The notes: generated from the sequence alone by a model not told the origin. Positions 1 to 10,684 are shown, counted from the stretch's first letter. The stretch: 64,000 bases of DNA from Halobacteriales archaeon QS_4_69_34 (GCA_003021045.1 PXRN01000003.1:1-64000), one strand, 5' to 3'. Numbers and translations are program-made.

Positions 1-56
1 GACCCGACGACGACGACAACGAGGAACTCTTCACCATCAACACCACCACCTCGTAA
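1..56 (+). CDS. 3' end of an upstream CDS (partial; acidic C-terminus ...PDDDDNEELFTINTTTS*)
   Basis: In-frame run to TAA at 54-56; a T-tract hairpin follows. Identity unknown. Confidence 0.25.
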   Translation, partial: PDDDDNEELFTINTTTS

Positions 57-73
57 AGAGCGCACGGCTCCGA

Positions 74-97
74 CGCGAACCCGAACGCGGCTTTTTT
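74..97 (+). terminator. Hairpin plus T6 tract (cgcg-aacccgaa-cgcg-gcTTTTTTcg)
   Basis: 4-bp GC stem followed by an oligo-T run, the usual archaeal terminator signal, just after the partial CDS. Confidence 0.35.
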
Positions 98-398
98 CGT
101 CTTGAATCGAGGTACGAATCGACGGCCTGCGGTTCGAACGGACGACCCGGTCGGCAGCGTCCGAACTGGGAGTCCGTCCTCGTCGGCAGCAACTGACGCG
201 GCTGCGGTGACTCTCATCGCTTTTCGTTCCGCGTGTCGACGTACCGACAGTCGGCCCCGGGGACGGACGCCGAGGCAGACGATCGAGCCGATCGCACGGT
301 TCGGCAGCCGATACTTCGGAACGTGGCAGGTCAGGGTCCGCGACGACTATCTACACGCGGGCCGCGTACGAAGTGTGATTGCTCGTCACCGACCGTAG

Positions 399-404
399 TT
401 TTAA
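399..404 (+). promoter_or_regulatory. TATA-like box (TTTTAA) 27 nt upstream of the dodecin ATG
   Basis: AT-rich hexamer in GC-rich DNA at the spacing expected for a leaderless haloarchaeal transcript. Confidence 0.35.
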
Positions 405-431
405 GCGACCCCACGCCGAAGCGGGCGTGCG

Positions 432-632
432 ATGGTGTACAAGAAGATCACCCTGATGGGAACGAGCACCGAGAGCTTCGACGCGGCCGTCGACGACGCC
501 GTCGATCGGGCGGAGAACACGCTCGACAACGTCCACTGGGTCGAGGTCGAGAGCCTCGGCGTCGAGGTCGCAAGCGTCGAGAACCGGGAGTATCAAGCCG
601 AGGTCGAGACCGCCTTCGAGCTACAAGAGTAG
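432..632 (+). CDS. Dodecin (small flavin-binding protein)
   Basis: 66 aa, [39 protein letters not shown]...; length and sequence are typical of archaeal dodecin. Confidence 0.85.
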   Translation: MVYKKITLMGTSTESFDAAVDDAVDRAENTLDNVHWVEVESLGVEVASVENREYQAEVETAFELQE

Positions 633-774
633 GCGCTCGACGGCCGGTCGACGGATCGGACGCATCTCCTCCCGTCCACGCCGTCTTCCGCCTGTGCCGC
701 CGTGGTCGTCTACACCCGATTCCGTCCGCGAGCGACCGTGCAACCGTGAAGGACGGTACCCCCGTTCCAGCTGG

Positions 775-1143
775 TTACGTACGGAAGGATTCCCCGCAGC
801 CACACTCCGAGACCACGTTCGGGTTCTCGACGTGAAAGCCCGCACCCTGGAGGCCACCCTCGTAGTCGAGGGCGCTGCCCCCGATGTAGTCCAAGCTCGC
901 GGGATCGACGAACACCCGGAGACCGTGGTGCTCGTAGATGCGGTCGTCGCCCTCCGGTTCGGTGTCGAAGCGCATTCCATAGGAGAGGCCCGCACAGCCG
1001 CCCTGCTGGACGAACAGCCGGAGCCCCGCGACGGCGGTATCGAGACCCTCGCCGGCGAGCAGGTCGAGAGCCTCCTCGGCAGCCGCCTCCGAGACCTCGA
1101 TCCGGGGGTCGGTGTCCGTCTCGGCCGTGGCATCGGTGCTCAT
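775..1143 (-). CDS. Iron-sulfur cluster assembly accessory protein, HesB/IscA/SufA family
   Basis: 122 aa with the C-terminal CGCGESF motif and conserved Cys characteristic of A-type carriers. Confidence 0.85.
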   Translation of the reverse strand: MSTDATAETDTDPRIEVSEAAAEEALDLLAGEGLDTAVAGLRLFVQQGGCAGLSYGMRFDTEPEGDDRIYEHHGLRVFVDPASLDYIGGSALDYEGGLQGAGFHVENPNVVSECGCGESFRT

Positions 1144-1473
1144 AACTCCCCGTTTCGTACCGAGGGTGTTAACGGTGACGCCGCGCGACCGTGCGATCCG
1201 AATCCAGTGGGGCCCGAACCGCGACCGGGGTCGGAGCGAGCGGTGACTGCTGGTTCGATGGCGCGTCCGGTCGACGTCGGCTCTACCGGTTCACGCTAGC
1301 GTTCCATGGTCGGCCCCATCCCGGCTCCCTCTCCGAGCAGGGAAAGGCGAGCGTCGGGATGGATGCCATTCGCGCCGCCGAGCGCACCACGACTCACACC
1401 GGCGCTCGGCGTCGTCTGCCGCGATCGGCGAGCGAACCTCAAGGACTTAATCCCCGGGCGGCCACGCCCGGTC

Positions 1474-2847
1474 ATGGAGCGTTTCGACGTGGCGGTCGTC
1501 GGCGGCGGCCCGGCCGGCGCGTCGGCGGCGCGGGCGGCCGCTAAGCAGGGGGCGACGACCGTCTGTGTCGAGAAGGGCGTCCCGCGGGCCGATCGCGACG
1601 GTGTCGGTCCCGATTCGACCGACGCCGCGGGGATGCTCGATTACTGGGTCGACCTGATGGGCGTCCGTCCCGGAGAGATCCCCGAGGACGTCGTGCTCCG
1701 GGAGCTCTCCGGGGCGACGTTCGCCGGCCCGAGCGAGCGCGTCACCCTCCGCGAGACGGCGGTGGACGCCTCTTATCCCCACTTCGGGTTCACCTTTCAT
1801 CGGGCGCGCTTCGACGACTGGCTCCGCGAGCGCGCCGTCGAGAGCGGGGCCGAGTACCGCGTCGGCGTCGGCGTAGGGGACGTCGAGACTCGGACGGGGA
1901 GCGAGGCCGGCCGCGGCCGCCGACACGCCCACACCCTCGAACTGCGCGACGGCTCGGCGATCGAGGCCGAGCACCTGATCCTCGCCGACGGCCCCCAGCG
2001 AACGGTGACGCGTGGCGTCCTCGACGACCTCCTCCCGGAGGGCCGCCTCGACGGACTCTCGGCCCCCCGGGCGAACCACATCGCCTACCAGGAGTACCGC
2101 GAGTTTCCCGAAGAGCTGTTCGTCGAGGACGAGTTGCAGTTCTGGTGGGGTGTGATGCCGGGCCACACTGCCTACCCGTGGGTGTTCCCGAACGAGGGTC
2201 GGGTCGCGCGGGTAGGGCTAACGATGCCGATCGGGCTCGATCTCGGAAACGTCGGAAACCCCGAGAGCTATCGGCTGCTCCGGCCCGAAGACGACCGGAT
2301 TCCACGGGGCGGGGAGTACGTCCGGCGGCTCCTCGAAGCGGAGTACCCCGACTACGACGCCGAGGACTTCCCGCTCGTCTCCGATCGGGGTAAGCGCGGC
2401 GGGACCGAGTCCTATCCGATCTCCTCGACGCGACCGATCGACTCGCCCACCGGGGCCGGGATCGCCGTCGTCGGCGGCGCGATGGGTGCGACCTCGGCGT
2501 TCCACGAGGGCGGCGACCACGTGGCGGTACGGACGGGGAAGATCGCCGGCTCGCTCGCCGGAGCCGGCGCGCTCCCGGCGTACAACCACGAGTGGAAGCG
2601 CGCCATCGGTCGAGAAGTCCTTCGGAACGTGGCCTTCGCGGACGTCGTCCGCGGGTTCGAGCCCGCAGACTGGGATCGCACGTTCCGAGCGGTAGATCGG
2701 CTCCTCGACCGGGGACGCTACAGCCGGCTGCGGGCCGCTCGGGCCGGACTCGGCGGGCTCGGGCTGCTCGCACGCTACGAGCTGACGAAGTTCGGGTACC
2801 GCGACGACGGCTACGTCCAGATCGAGCAGTCGGAGTACGCTGTCTGA
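1474..2847 (+). CDS. FAD-dependent oxidoreductase, geranylgeranyl reductase family
   Basis: MERFDVAVVGGGPAGASAARAAA... Rossmann FAD motif; about 457 aa. The upstream in-frame extension from 1306 is not supported; a TTAAT box lies about 21 nt upstream of 1474. Confidence 0.8.
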   Translation: MERFDVAVVGGGPAGASAARAAAKQGATTVCVEKGVPRADRDGVGPDSTDAAGMLDYWVDLMGVRPGEIPEDVVLRELSGATFAGPSERVTLRETAVDASYPHFGFTFHRARFDDWLRERAVESGAEYRVGVGVGDVETRTGSEAGRGRRHAHTLELRDGSAIEAEHLILADGPQRTVTRGVLDDLLPEGRLDGLSAPRANHIAYQEYREFPEELFVEDELQFWWGVMPGHTAYPWVFPNEGRVARVGLTMPIGLDLGNVGNPESYRLLRPEDDRIPRGGEYVRRLLEAEYPDYDAEDFPLVSDRGKRGGTESYPISSTRPIDSPTGAGIAVVGGAMGATSAFHEGGDHVAVRTGKIAGSLAGAGALPAYNHEWKRAIGREVLRNVAFADVVRGFEPADWDRTFRAVDRLLDRGRYSRLRAARAGLGGLGLLARYELTKFGYRDDGYVQIEQSEYAV

Positions 2848-3165
2848 GTCGCGCGAAAGGGTTTACTTCGCGCCGTTCCTCCCGGCGAACGCGTGCCGCA
2901 GTCCCCGCCCGAGCACGCCTGCAAGGGCGCGATGACGCGCGGCGAACCCCGGCACGCGACACGAGTTGCGCTACGCGCAACTGACTGTGGAGTCGGCATC
3001 GCCGACGACACGGGGTGCGCGTAGCGCACGGACGTGGAGCCGGCGCGAGCCGGCACGGATGGTCGCCGACGACCCGCCCGGCACAGGGTTTCCCGGCCGA
3101 GACGGCACACCGCCCGCGATGAGGCCGGCCGTTAGTGTTCCGGGCGACACCCTTTCGACGCGACT

Positions 3166-3405
3166 ATGCCCGCCCGGCCGGTAGGTCGTGTAGTGAACCG
3201 GGACCGGTTCGTCGCGCTCGGGCTGTTCGCGTTCGGGCTGATCCTCCTGAGCTTCGTCACGCTCGGACTCAGCCGGCTGGTGGTTCCCTACCGGACTGCC
3301 CGGCTGCTGGCCGCGCCGACCGGCCTCGCGGCGTTCGCGCTCGTCTGCTATCTCTCGGTGCGGGCGCTGCTCTCGGTGCTCGGCGTCAGCCCAATCGAGG
3401 ACTGA
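3166..3405 (+). CDS. Small membrane protein (2 TM), hypothetical
   Basis: 79 aa with two hydrophobic helices; non-overlapping position upstream of hisD. Confidence 0.35.
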   Translation: MPARPVGRVVNRDRFVALGLFAFGLILLSFVTLGLSRLVVPYRTARLLAAPTGLAAFALVCYLSVRALLSVLGVSPIED

Positions 3406-3747
3406 CGGCCCCTACCTCGTGTCCGACGCGCTCGCGCAGGGTCGGTCGATCGGTCGAGTGACGGCGTGGACCGCGGATGCCGATACACACGAGAGACCGC
3501 CACCGCCCTGCCCCGCTCCCCAACCACGCCGCCCAGCGACGCGCCGCGACCGCGCTGCACACCTCCCCGGCCGACTCGCTCGCGGCGGGCTCTCGACACC
3601 ACACCGCGACCGCAGCCGCGGCCCGCCGCTCACTCGTCTCCTGCGAGCGCCGCGCGCCGTCCTCGGCGCGCGGCCCGTGTACCACTCCCACTGTTTAGCC
3701 CGCCGGGCGATGGCAAGCCGTTTGTCCCACCGCCTCCACGCCCGCTC

Positions 3748-5031
3748 ATGCAGGTCAGAGCCGTCGCCGATCTCGGCCCGGCCGAGCGCCGGGCACTGTT
3801 CGAGCGCGACGCCGGCATCGAGGCGATCCGCGGGGACGTCGAGGGGATCGTCGCGCGGGTACGCGAGGAGGGCGACGCGGCCCTTAGGGAGTTCGCCCGC
3901 GAGTTCGACGACTGCGAGGTTGGCAGTCTCGACGCCACTGACGAGACCGCGCGCGCGGCCGAGACCGTCGACGACGAACTCGGCGCGGCCATCGAAACCG
4001 CCGCTGCGAACGTTCGGGCGTTCCACGAGCGCCAGCTGCCCGAGGACTGGCGCGCGGACTTCGGGGGGCGCGAGCTCGGCCGGCGCTTCCGCCCGATCGA
4101 GCGCGCCGGCCTCTACGTGCCCGGCGGGACGGCAGCCTACCCCTCCAGCGCGATCATGACGATCGTCCCCGCGGTCGTCGCGGGCGTCGAACACGTCGTC
4201 GTGGCGACGCCGCCCGCCGAGCAGGTGAGCCCGGCGACGCTCGCGGCGATCCACGAGGCCGGCGCGGATCGGGTGTATCGGGCCGGCGGCGCGCAGGCGA
4301 TCGCCGCGCTGGCCTACGGCACCGAGACCGTTCCGCAGGTGGACAAGATCGCCGGCCCGGGCAACCGGTGGGTCACCGCGGCGAAGGCCGCGGTGCGGGA
4401 CGACTGCGAGATCGACTTCCTCGCCGGCCCGAGCGAGGTCCTCGTGCTCGCGGACGGGACCGCCGACCCCGAGCTCGTCGCCGCCGACGTGGTGGCACAG
4501 GCCGAGCACGACCGCGCTTCGTCGGTGGCCTGCGTGACCGACGACGGGGCGCTCGCGGACGCGGTCGTCGCGGCCTGTGAGCGCTGGGCGGCGAACTGCG
4601 ATCGTGGGGGGATCGTCGAGGCCGCGCTCGAAAACGAGGCGAGCGGCGTCTTCCGTGCGCGCTCGGCGAGCGAGGCCGTCGCCTTCTGTGAGGCGTACGC
4701 CCCCGAGCACCTCTCGATCCAGGCCGACGACGAGGAGGCCCTGCTGGAGCGGATCGACAGCGCAGGGAGCGTCTTCCTCGGGCCCTTCTCCCCCGTGGCG
4801 GCGGGCGATTACGCCGCCGGTACGAACCACGTCCTCCCGACGGGCGGGCGCGCGCGGGTCGCGGGCGGGCTCTCCGTCGAGACGTTCCTGCGCGCGAGCA
4901 CGGTCCAGCGGCTCGACCGCGACGCGCTCGCCGCCCTCGAAGGGACGATCACGACGCTCGCCGAGGCCGAGGGACTGGCGGCCCACGCCGAGAGCGTCCG
5001 CGCGCGCTTTGCGGACGGATCGGACGGGTGA
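3748..5031 (+). CDS. hisD: Histidinol dehydrogenase
   Basis: 427 aa from [11 protein letters not shown]...; HisD family features throughout ([22 protein letters not shown]). The N-terminal 94 aa of the track ORF are not coding. Confidence 0.9.
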   Translation: MQVRAVADLGPAERRALFERDAGIEAIRGDVEGIVARVREEGDAALREFAREFDDCEVGSLDATDETARAAETVDDELGAAIETAAANVRAFHERQLPEDWRADFGGRELGRRFRPIERAGLYVPGGTAAYPSSAIMTIVPAVVAGVEHVVVATPPAEQVSPATLAAIHEAGADRVYRAGGAQAIAALAYGTETVPQVDKIAGPGNRWVTAAKAAVRDDCEIDFLAGPSEVLVLADGTADPELVAADVVAQAEHDRASSVACVTDDGALADAVVAACERWAANCDRGGIVEAALENEASGVFRARSASEAVAFCEAYAPEHLSIQADDEEALLERIDSAGSVFLGPFSPVAAGDYAAGTNHVLPTGGRARVAGGLSVETFLRASTVQRLDRDALAALEGTITTLAEAEGLAAHAESVRARFADGSDG

Positions 5032-5661
5032 GATCTCGCCCGCACGGCGAGCGGGTCAGTACGGACGCGGTTAGCAGGGGCGTGGCCGGGGCGGTGTGGA
5101 TAGTGCGCGGCCGCACGACTCCGGCATTCACGGAGTCCACGGAGCGAACCCCGAATCGACGACGGGTGAGACGACCGAAACTGGATGGAACGACAGCAGT
5201 CGGGGCGACCGGGAGTCGGGAGTTCGCACGCGGCTGCATCGTCACTACACCGGCCACACGAGCACACGTCTCCGGGCCGTTTGACTCGTCCGGATTCGGC
5301 TGGATCGGTCGAGCCGTACCGCGGGCCGCGAGCGCCAGCACACGCGAGGACGCACCGCAATCACTACCGCAACCGCTCGGCGACGCACCGCGACCACCCG
5401 CACGCTCCCCGACCGATTCGCACGCTCGGGCTCTCGACTATCGCATACAGCGCTGTGACGCCGGCTCTCGCGTCGCTCGCGGGCCGTTGCCCCGCTCACG
5501 CCGGGGGACTCGTTTCTCATATCTCGTCGCGCTCATCCCTCGCGGGAGTTGCGCACCGACGGAGCGGTAGTCGCCACACGATCGACAGTCCTGCTTCGGG
5601 GCCCGGGTTCATTAGCACGGCCGTCGAACGCCTGCCATGCCCGGAGTGTGCGGCTGTCGAG

Positions 5662-6624
5662 GTGAGTATCGTGACTGAGTGCGACGTCCTCGTGCTCCGC
5701 GAGGGTATCCACGGGATGCCCGCAGTCGAGTACGCTACCGCGCTGCGCGAGCGGGTCGGTGGCGAGGTCCGGCTGGCCCGGACGCCGGCCGAGGAGCGCG
5801 ACCTCGTCGCCGAGACCCCGGTCGTCACCGGCACGAGCATCGACGAAGCGCTGCTCGAACGCGCCGACGCCCTCGAACTGTTCGCGTGCGCTTACGCCGG
5901 CACCGACCACCTCCCGCTCGACGCCCTCGCGGAGCGCGGCGTCGCCGTCACCACCGCCTCCGGCGTTCACGGTCCCAATGTCGCCGAGCACGTCGTCGGC
6001 TCGATGCTCGTCTTCGCCCGCCGGCTCCACGAGGGCTGGCGACGCCAGCGACGCCGGGAGTGGCGTGCTTACCGCTCGCGGGAGCTCGCCGACTCGACGG
6101 TGACGGTCGTCGGGCTGGGCGCGATCGGGCAGGCGACCGCCGAACGGCTCGCGGGCTTCGGCGTCGAGACCCTCGGTATCCGGTACTCCCCCGAGAGGGG
6201 CGGGCCGACCGACGAAGTACTGGGTTTCGAGGAGCTCCACGACGCGCTCGCCCGGACGGAGTACCTCGCGCTCGCCTGTCCGCTCACCGAGGAGACGCGC
6301 GGGCTGATCGACACGGCCGCGTTCGAAACCGTGCCCTCGGAGGCGGTGCTGATCAACGTCGCCCGCGGGCCGGTGGTCGACACCGACGCGCTCGTCGCGG
6401 CGCTGCGCTCGAACGCCATTCGGGGAGCGGCCCTCGACGTGACCGATCCCGAGCCCCTCCCCCGAGATCACCCGCTCTGGGCCTTCGAGAACGCCCTGAT
6501 CACGCCCCACAGCGCCGGCCACACGCCCCGCTACTACGACCGGCTCGCGGACGTCGTCGCTACCAATCTCGAACGGGTCGCCGAGAGCGACGCGTACGAG
6601 GGCTTGAAGAATCAGGTGCTGTAA
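5662..6624 (+). CDS. D-isomer specific 2-hydroxyacid dehydrogenase (NAD-binding)
   Basis: VVGLGAIGQ Rossmann motif, catalytic His region ...ITPHSAGHT; about 320 aa from an in-frame GTG. The track ORF's 160-aa N-terminal extension lies over an intergenic repeat. Confidence 0.8.
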   Translation: MSIVTECDVLVLREGIHGMPAVEYATALRERVGGEVRLARTPAEERDLVAETPVVTGTSIDEALLERADALELFACAYAGTDHLPLDALAERGVAVTTASGVHGPNVAEHVVGSMLVFARRLHEGWRRQRRREWRAYRSRELADSTVTVVGLGAIGQATAERLAGFGVETLGIRYSPERGGPTDEVLGFEELHDALARTEYLALACPLTEETRGLIDTAAFETVPSEAVLINVARGPVVDTDALVAALRSNAIRGAALDVTDPEPLPRDHPLWAFENALITPHSAGHTPRYYDRLADVVATNLERVAESDAYEGLKNQVL

Positions 6625-6661
6625 GCACGGTTCTCGGCGATACTCACGTGGGGGCGGCAGG

Positions 6662-7696
6662 TCAGACCCAGCCCTCGCGCGCCAGCAACTCGCCGTTCAG
6701 GACGCTCGCGCCGGCCGCACCCCGAACGGTGTTGTGCGCGAGGCAGTTGTACTGGACGCCCCCCGCGGTCTCACGGAGGCCGCCGGCGGCGATGGCCATC
6801 CCGTCGCCGACCATCCGATCGAGTCTGGGCTGGGGGCGCTCGGGATCGTCGAACACCTCGATCAGCTGAGCGGGCGAGCTCGGCAGGTCGAGCGCGGGGG
6901 CCTCGGCCATCGCGGCCGCCGCGTCCTCGCCCGTGAGGTCCTCGCGGGTGTCGGCCCAGACGTTCTCGAGGTGGCCGTCGAGGGTGGGTACGCGGTTGCA
7001 CGACGCGGCGACGTCGACCCCGTGGGGGGTAACCGCGCTGCCGTCGAACTCGCCGAGGAGCTTCCGGGCCTCGGTCTCCATCTTTCGCTCCTCGCCGCCG
7101 ATGTGGGGCAGGACGTTGTCGATGATCTCCATCGACGCCACGCCCGAGTAGCCCGCACCCGAGACGGCCTGCATGGTCGCCACGCGCACCGATTCGAGCC
7201 CGAACCCCTCCAGGGCGGCGAGCGTCGGCACCATCGTGATCGTCGAGCAGTTGGGGTTTTTCACGAGTGCTCCGTCCCACCCCCGCCGGTCGCGCTGGAT
7301 CTCGATCAGATCGAGGTGACCGGCGTTGACCTCCGGGATCGTGAGGGGGACGTCGTCGGCCATGCGCGCGTTCGAGGAATTGGAAGAGATCACGTAGCCG
7401 GCCTCACAGAGGGCGGGCTCGACGCGCTCGCCGACCCCGGAGGGCAGCGACGAGAAGAGCAGATCGAGGCCGTCCGGGAGCGCCTCGGGATCGGTCTCGC
7501 GCACCGTGAGGTCGGCGACGGCCTCGGGGATCGGCGCGTCGACGCGCCACTTCGCCGTCTCGCGGTAGGGCCGGCCGGCGCTGTCCTCGCTCGCCGTGAG
7601 AGTGGTGAGTTCGAACTCGGGGTGGGGATCGAGCAGCCCGACGAGTCGCTGTCCGACCGCACCGGTCGCGCCGAGAACCCCGACGTCGAGAGTCAT
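6662..7696 (-). CDS. asd: Aspartate-semialdehyde dehydrogenase
   Basis: MTLDVGVLGATGAVGQRL..., NPNCSTI active-site Cys motif; 344 aa. Confidence 0.9.
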   Translation of the reverse strand: MTLDVGVLGATGAVGQRLVGLLDPHPEFELTTLTASEDSAGRPYRETAKWRVDAPIPEAVADLTVRETDPEALPDGLDLLFSSLPSGVGERVEPALCEAGYVISSNSSNARMADDVPLTIPEVNAGHLDLIEIQRDRRGWDGALVKNPNCSTITMVPTLAALEGFGLESVRVATMQAVSGAGYSGVASMEIIDNVLPHIGGEERKMETEARKLLGEFDGSAVTPHGVDVAASCNRVPTLDGHLENVWADTREDLTGEDAAAAMAEAPALDLPSSPAQLIEVFDDPERPQPRLDRMVGDGMAIAAGGLRETAGGVQYNCLAHNTVRGAAGASVLNGELLAREGWV

Positions 7697-7851
7697 TGCC
7701 CCAGAGCGGGGACGCCGCCGCAAAAACCGTTCGGGTACGCGCCAGTGTGACGCCGACGGATCCGGGAGCGGCACGTTCCGCGACCGCGAACTGCGTGGAG
7801 AGGAAAGGAGAGAAGAGGACGGTCGGGGAGGGGGGGGGGTGGGGTGGGGAC

Positions 7852-8040
7852 CTACGCGGGCGGAGCGCGCTGCTTGCGCGCGATGTAGCCCGCGATGCGA
7901 TTCCGCACGCCCTTCGAGTCGATGTCGGTCAGCGCTGTGACGCTCTCTTTGTTGTGCTCGAAGTCGCCGGAGAACGCCTTCGGATACCGTTCGAGGAGCT
8001 CTGCCGCCGTCTTCTTGACGTAGGCGGGTTTGATAGCCAT
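7852..8040 (-). CDS. rps17e: 30S ribosomal protein S17e
   Basis: MAIKPAYVKKTAAELLERYPKAFSGDFEHNKESV... 62 aa; a TTTATGA box lies 22 nt upstream. Confidence 0.85.
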   Translation of the reverse strand: MAIKPAYVKKTAAELLERYPKAFSGDFEHNKESVTALTDIDSKGVRNRIAGYIARKQRAPPA

Positions 8041-8062
8041 GTGTCGTTCTCCGTGTCGCGCC

Positions 8063-8069
8063 TCATAAA
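8063..8069 (-). promoter_or_regulatory. TATA-like box (TTTATGA) for rps17e
   Basis: Spacing about 22 nt to the ATG; leaderless-type arrangement. Confidence 0.3.
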
Positions 8070-8304
8070 CGACCCGTTCCCGGATCGGGTCCGCTTCGAC
8101 GGCCACCCCTTCACCGACGAGGGACGCGTTCGCGGGGACCGTTTCGTGACGGCGAGTACGGAGATACCGTCCAGTACGAACTGTTTCGCAGCGAGTGGCG
8201 CGAGCGAACCCGGTCGTAGCTTCGCCGGTTCGATCGGGTACCAGGGCCGTTTGGCCGTTCGCTCTCTGCCCGCCGCCGATGGGGGTCGAGCCTTCCGGGT
8301 TCGC

Positions 8305-8979
8305 TCACCGTCGCCTAACCAGCTCGTCGATGCGAGCCATCGCCTCGCGCTCGCGCGCGTCGCCACAGGTCTCGACGACCCGCTCGAAATACGAGAGCCG
8401 CGACCGAAGTTCCTCGGTGTCGTAGGCCGGGACGTCGAGCCGGGAGGCCGCGACGGTAGCCTCGACGACCGCGTTGTACCCGCGACGCGTCGTCGGCACC
8501 GTTCGAGAAACGACGCTGCTCTCGACGGGTTCGAGCGCCCATTCCTCGCGCCGGGTTCCCTCGACCTCCGCAGCGCCCAGCGACGACGCCGCGACGCGCA
8601 CCCACGCGTCCGCCGAGGGATGGATCGCCTCGTCGCGCTCGTAGGTGCCCAGCGCGCTCTCGACGAAGGCGACGGGATCGCGCGTGAACTGGACGTACCC
8701 TCCGCCGCGCTCGTCGAAGTTGCGCCACGTGCGCGTCCGCCCCCATGTGTACGCTCGCGTCCGTCCGTCGTCCGGCTCGCCGTCGGCTCTCGATTCGTCG
8801 TTCGGGTCGCTCGCGTGGAGTCCGAGTGCGGCGAAGTTCCACTTCTCGTTCGGTCCCAGCGTCGCCACGACGGACTCGGTCACGCCCCGGAGTGCGACTG
8901 GCCACGACGCGTCAGCGCCCGCTCCGACTGCGTCGTCCACGCCGTCGTTCGGGTCCGCTCCAGCCCGGTCGTCACTCAC
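8305..8979 (-). CDS. DUF447-like protein (putative FMN-binding split-barrel fold), function unknown
   Basis: 224 aa from a GTG that forms a GTGA overlap with the stop of the upstream CitG-like gene. Family assignment rests on gene context and size, recalled rather than aligned. Confidence 0.5.
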   Translation of the reverse strand: MSDDRAGADPNDGVDDAVGAGADASWPVALRGVTESVVATLGPNEKWNFAALGLHASDPNDESRADGEPDDGRTRAYTWGRTRTWRNFDERGGGYVQFTRDPVAFVESALGTYERDEAIHPSADAWVRVAASSLGAAEVEGTRREEWALEPVESSVVSRTVPTTRRGYNAVVEATVAASRLDVPAYDTEELRSRLSYFERVVETCGDAREREAMARIDELVRRR

Positions 8980-9887
8980 ACCGAGAGCCCCCGCTCCAGC
9001 GCGATGAAGAGCCCCGCGGCGATCACGTCGGCGGTCGTCCCGGGGTTGATTCCCCTGTCGACGAACTCGTCGGCGAGTTCGTCGGGGTCGACGTCGCCGT
9101 CGAGGGCGGCCCGCGCACGCTCGGTTGCCTCGCGGGCGGTCGCTGCGTCGTGCTGTGTCCTCACGAACGTGTCGGGCTCGTCGGCGAGCGCTTCGAGGAA
9201 CGCGCGGGCGGTGCGCTCGGGCACCGGCCCGTCGAGCGCGGCGATCCGCTCGGCGGCGCGGAACGAGCGCTCGAACCCGCCGACCCACTCGCGGGCGACG
9301 CCGTCGACGTCGGCGCTGCGCTCCATCACGCCCGCGAGGGTCAGTCCGCGCGCTTCGAGCTCGGGGATCGCCGCTTCGCCCCGGCGTACGTCGAGCGCTT
9401 CCATTCCCGTCGGTGGGTCGTCGACCGCGACGTCGACGTACTCGAACGCGCGGTAGAAGTCCGCGGCGTCCGCGACCGTCGCGGCTTCGACGACCGCCGC
9501 GACCCCCGCCGGCGTGAGTTCCCGGTCGTTCCGGTCGTTTCCACCGTCCCGAACGTCCTCTCCGTTCCCGCCGGGCGGGGCGCGCGCCATCGCCGCGACC
9601 AGCGGGCACAGCAGGAGAGCTGCGCCGAACTGTGTGTTTCCGCCCCGCTGTTCGGCCATGCCCGCGATCGCTCGCTCGAAGGCCGCGCCCACGGGCTCGC
9701 CAGCGGCGGCCGTCCGGAACCCTTCCAGCGCGCCGACCGCCCCGGTCACGAAGTGCTCGAAGCGCAGGTCGGGGTAGTCGTGCTCGCGGTCGACGTTGCC
9801 CGGCTTCGGGGTTCCGGTCACCTCCAGCAGGAGTGCGAGCTGGGCGTTCTCGGCGACGGTCCGTCCGGGCGCGCGCGACCCGCTCAC
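8976..9887 (-). CDS. CitG/MdcB-like triphosphoribosyl-dephospho-CoA synthase family protein
   Basis: 303 aa; the TPKPGNVDREHD motif matches the CitG family P-loop-like signature. GTG start overlaps the stop of the upstream gene (GTGA). Confidence 0.7.
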   Translation of the reverse strand: MSGSRAPGRTVAENAQLALLLEVTGTPKPGNVDREHDYPDLRFEHFVTGAVGALEGFRTAAAGEPVGAAFERAIAGMAEQRGGNTQFGAALLLCPLVAAMARAPPGGNGEDVRDGGNDRNDRELTPAGVAAVVEAATVADAADFYRAFEYVDVAVDDPPTGMEALDVRRGEAAIPELEARGLTLAGVMERSADVDGVAREWVGGFERSFRAAERIAALDGPVPERTARAFLEALADEPDTFVRTQHDAATAREATERARAALDGDVDPDELADEFVDRGINPGTTADVIAAGLFIALERGLSV

Positions 9888-10684
9888 GGCTCGATGCCCT
9901 CCGTCCGGTCGTCGCGGGCCGGCGTGCCCGGTTCGTCCGATCCACCGGCGAACCACGCCTCGGTCGCCCGCCGGACCCGTTTCAGTAGTTCGGATCGATC
10001 GCTCGCCCGGCCCACGCTGACCGCGTTCGCCCCGAGCGCGAGGTACTCCCGGGCGGTTTCGCCGCCGCGGACGCCGTTGTTGGCGATCACGAACGCGTCG
10101 GTCGCCCCCGCGACCCTGCCGACGACCTTCTCGGCATCCATCGCGTCGACGTGGAGCACGTCGGCCCCGGCCGCCCCGACCCACCGGGCGACGTCGGCGA
10201 GGTCGACCCCCGGGACCTCCGCACGGAGCTTCACGCTCACCGTCGCGCCCGTGTCGCTCGCGGTCTCGACCTGCTCGCATAAGCGGTGGGCGTCCCGCAG
10301 GAGCGTCTCGCCGCAGCCGGCGGCACACATCTCCGCCTGCCGGCAGTGGGCGTTGATCTCGACGATCGCGCCGCGGTCGGCACAGACCGCCGCCGCTTCC
10401 CGCAGGGGGGCGAGCGTCGCGCTGCGGACGTTGAACCCGGCGCGGAGCCCCGCGTCGTCGAGTGCCCCGAGCTGGGCGTCCACGAACGCCAGTGGGTCCG
10501 CCGGAAGGAACTCCTCGCGGTCGCGCTCGACCATCCGTCGGGCAGCGCTTCGAGAGCCCTCGTCGATGGCGATCCCTCCCAGTATCGCTGCACCGACGTG
10601 CTCCTCGACCCGCCGCGCCCACGCCGCGTCGGACGCACCGCTCAGACTCGCCAGCGCGACCCGCGGCTCGAACGGCTCGTCCAT
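9884..10684 (-). CDS. Dus/NifR3-related TIM-barrel protein (DHOD/Dus-like fold), function unknown
   Basis: 266 aa; ...IVEINAHCRQ... and TVSVKLRAEV...GADVLHVDAM resemble Dus/DHOD strand-loop motifs. ATG overlaps the cofD stop (TGATG). Confidence 0.55.
   Translation of the reverse strand: MDEPFEPRVALASLSGASDAAWARRVEEHVGAAILGGIAIDEGSRSAARRMVERDREEFLPADPLAFVDAQLGALDDAGLRAGFNVRSATLAPLREAAAVCADRGAIVEINAHCRQAEMCAAGCGETLLRDAHRLCEQVETASDTGATVSVKLRAEVPGVDLADVARWVGAAGADVLHVDAMDAEKVVGRVAGATDAFVIANNGVRGGETAREYLALGANAVSVGRASDRSELLKRVRRATEAWFAGGSDEPGTPARDDRTEGIEP

Noticed and set aside
1306-1473. 56-codon N-terminal extension of the geranylgeranyl-reductase-family gene
   Set aside because: The Rossmann motif begins right after the Met at 1474, which has a TATA-like box about 21 nt upstream; the extension is Pro/Arg-rich and overlaps the divergent promoter region.
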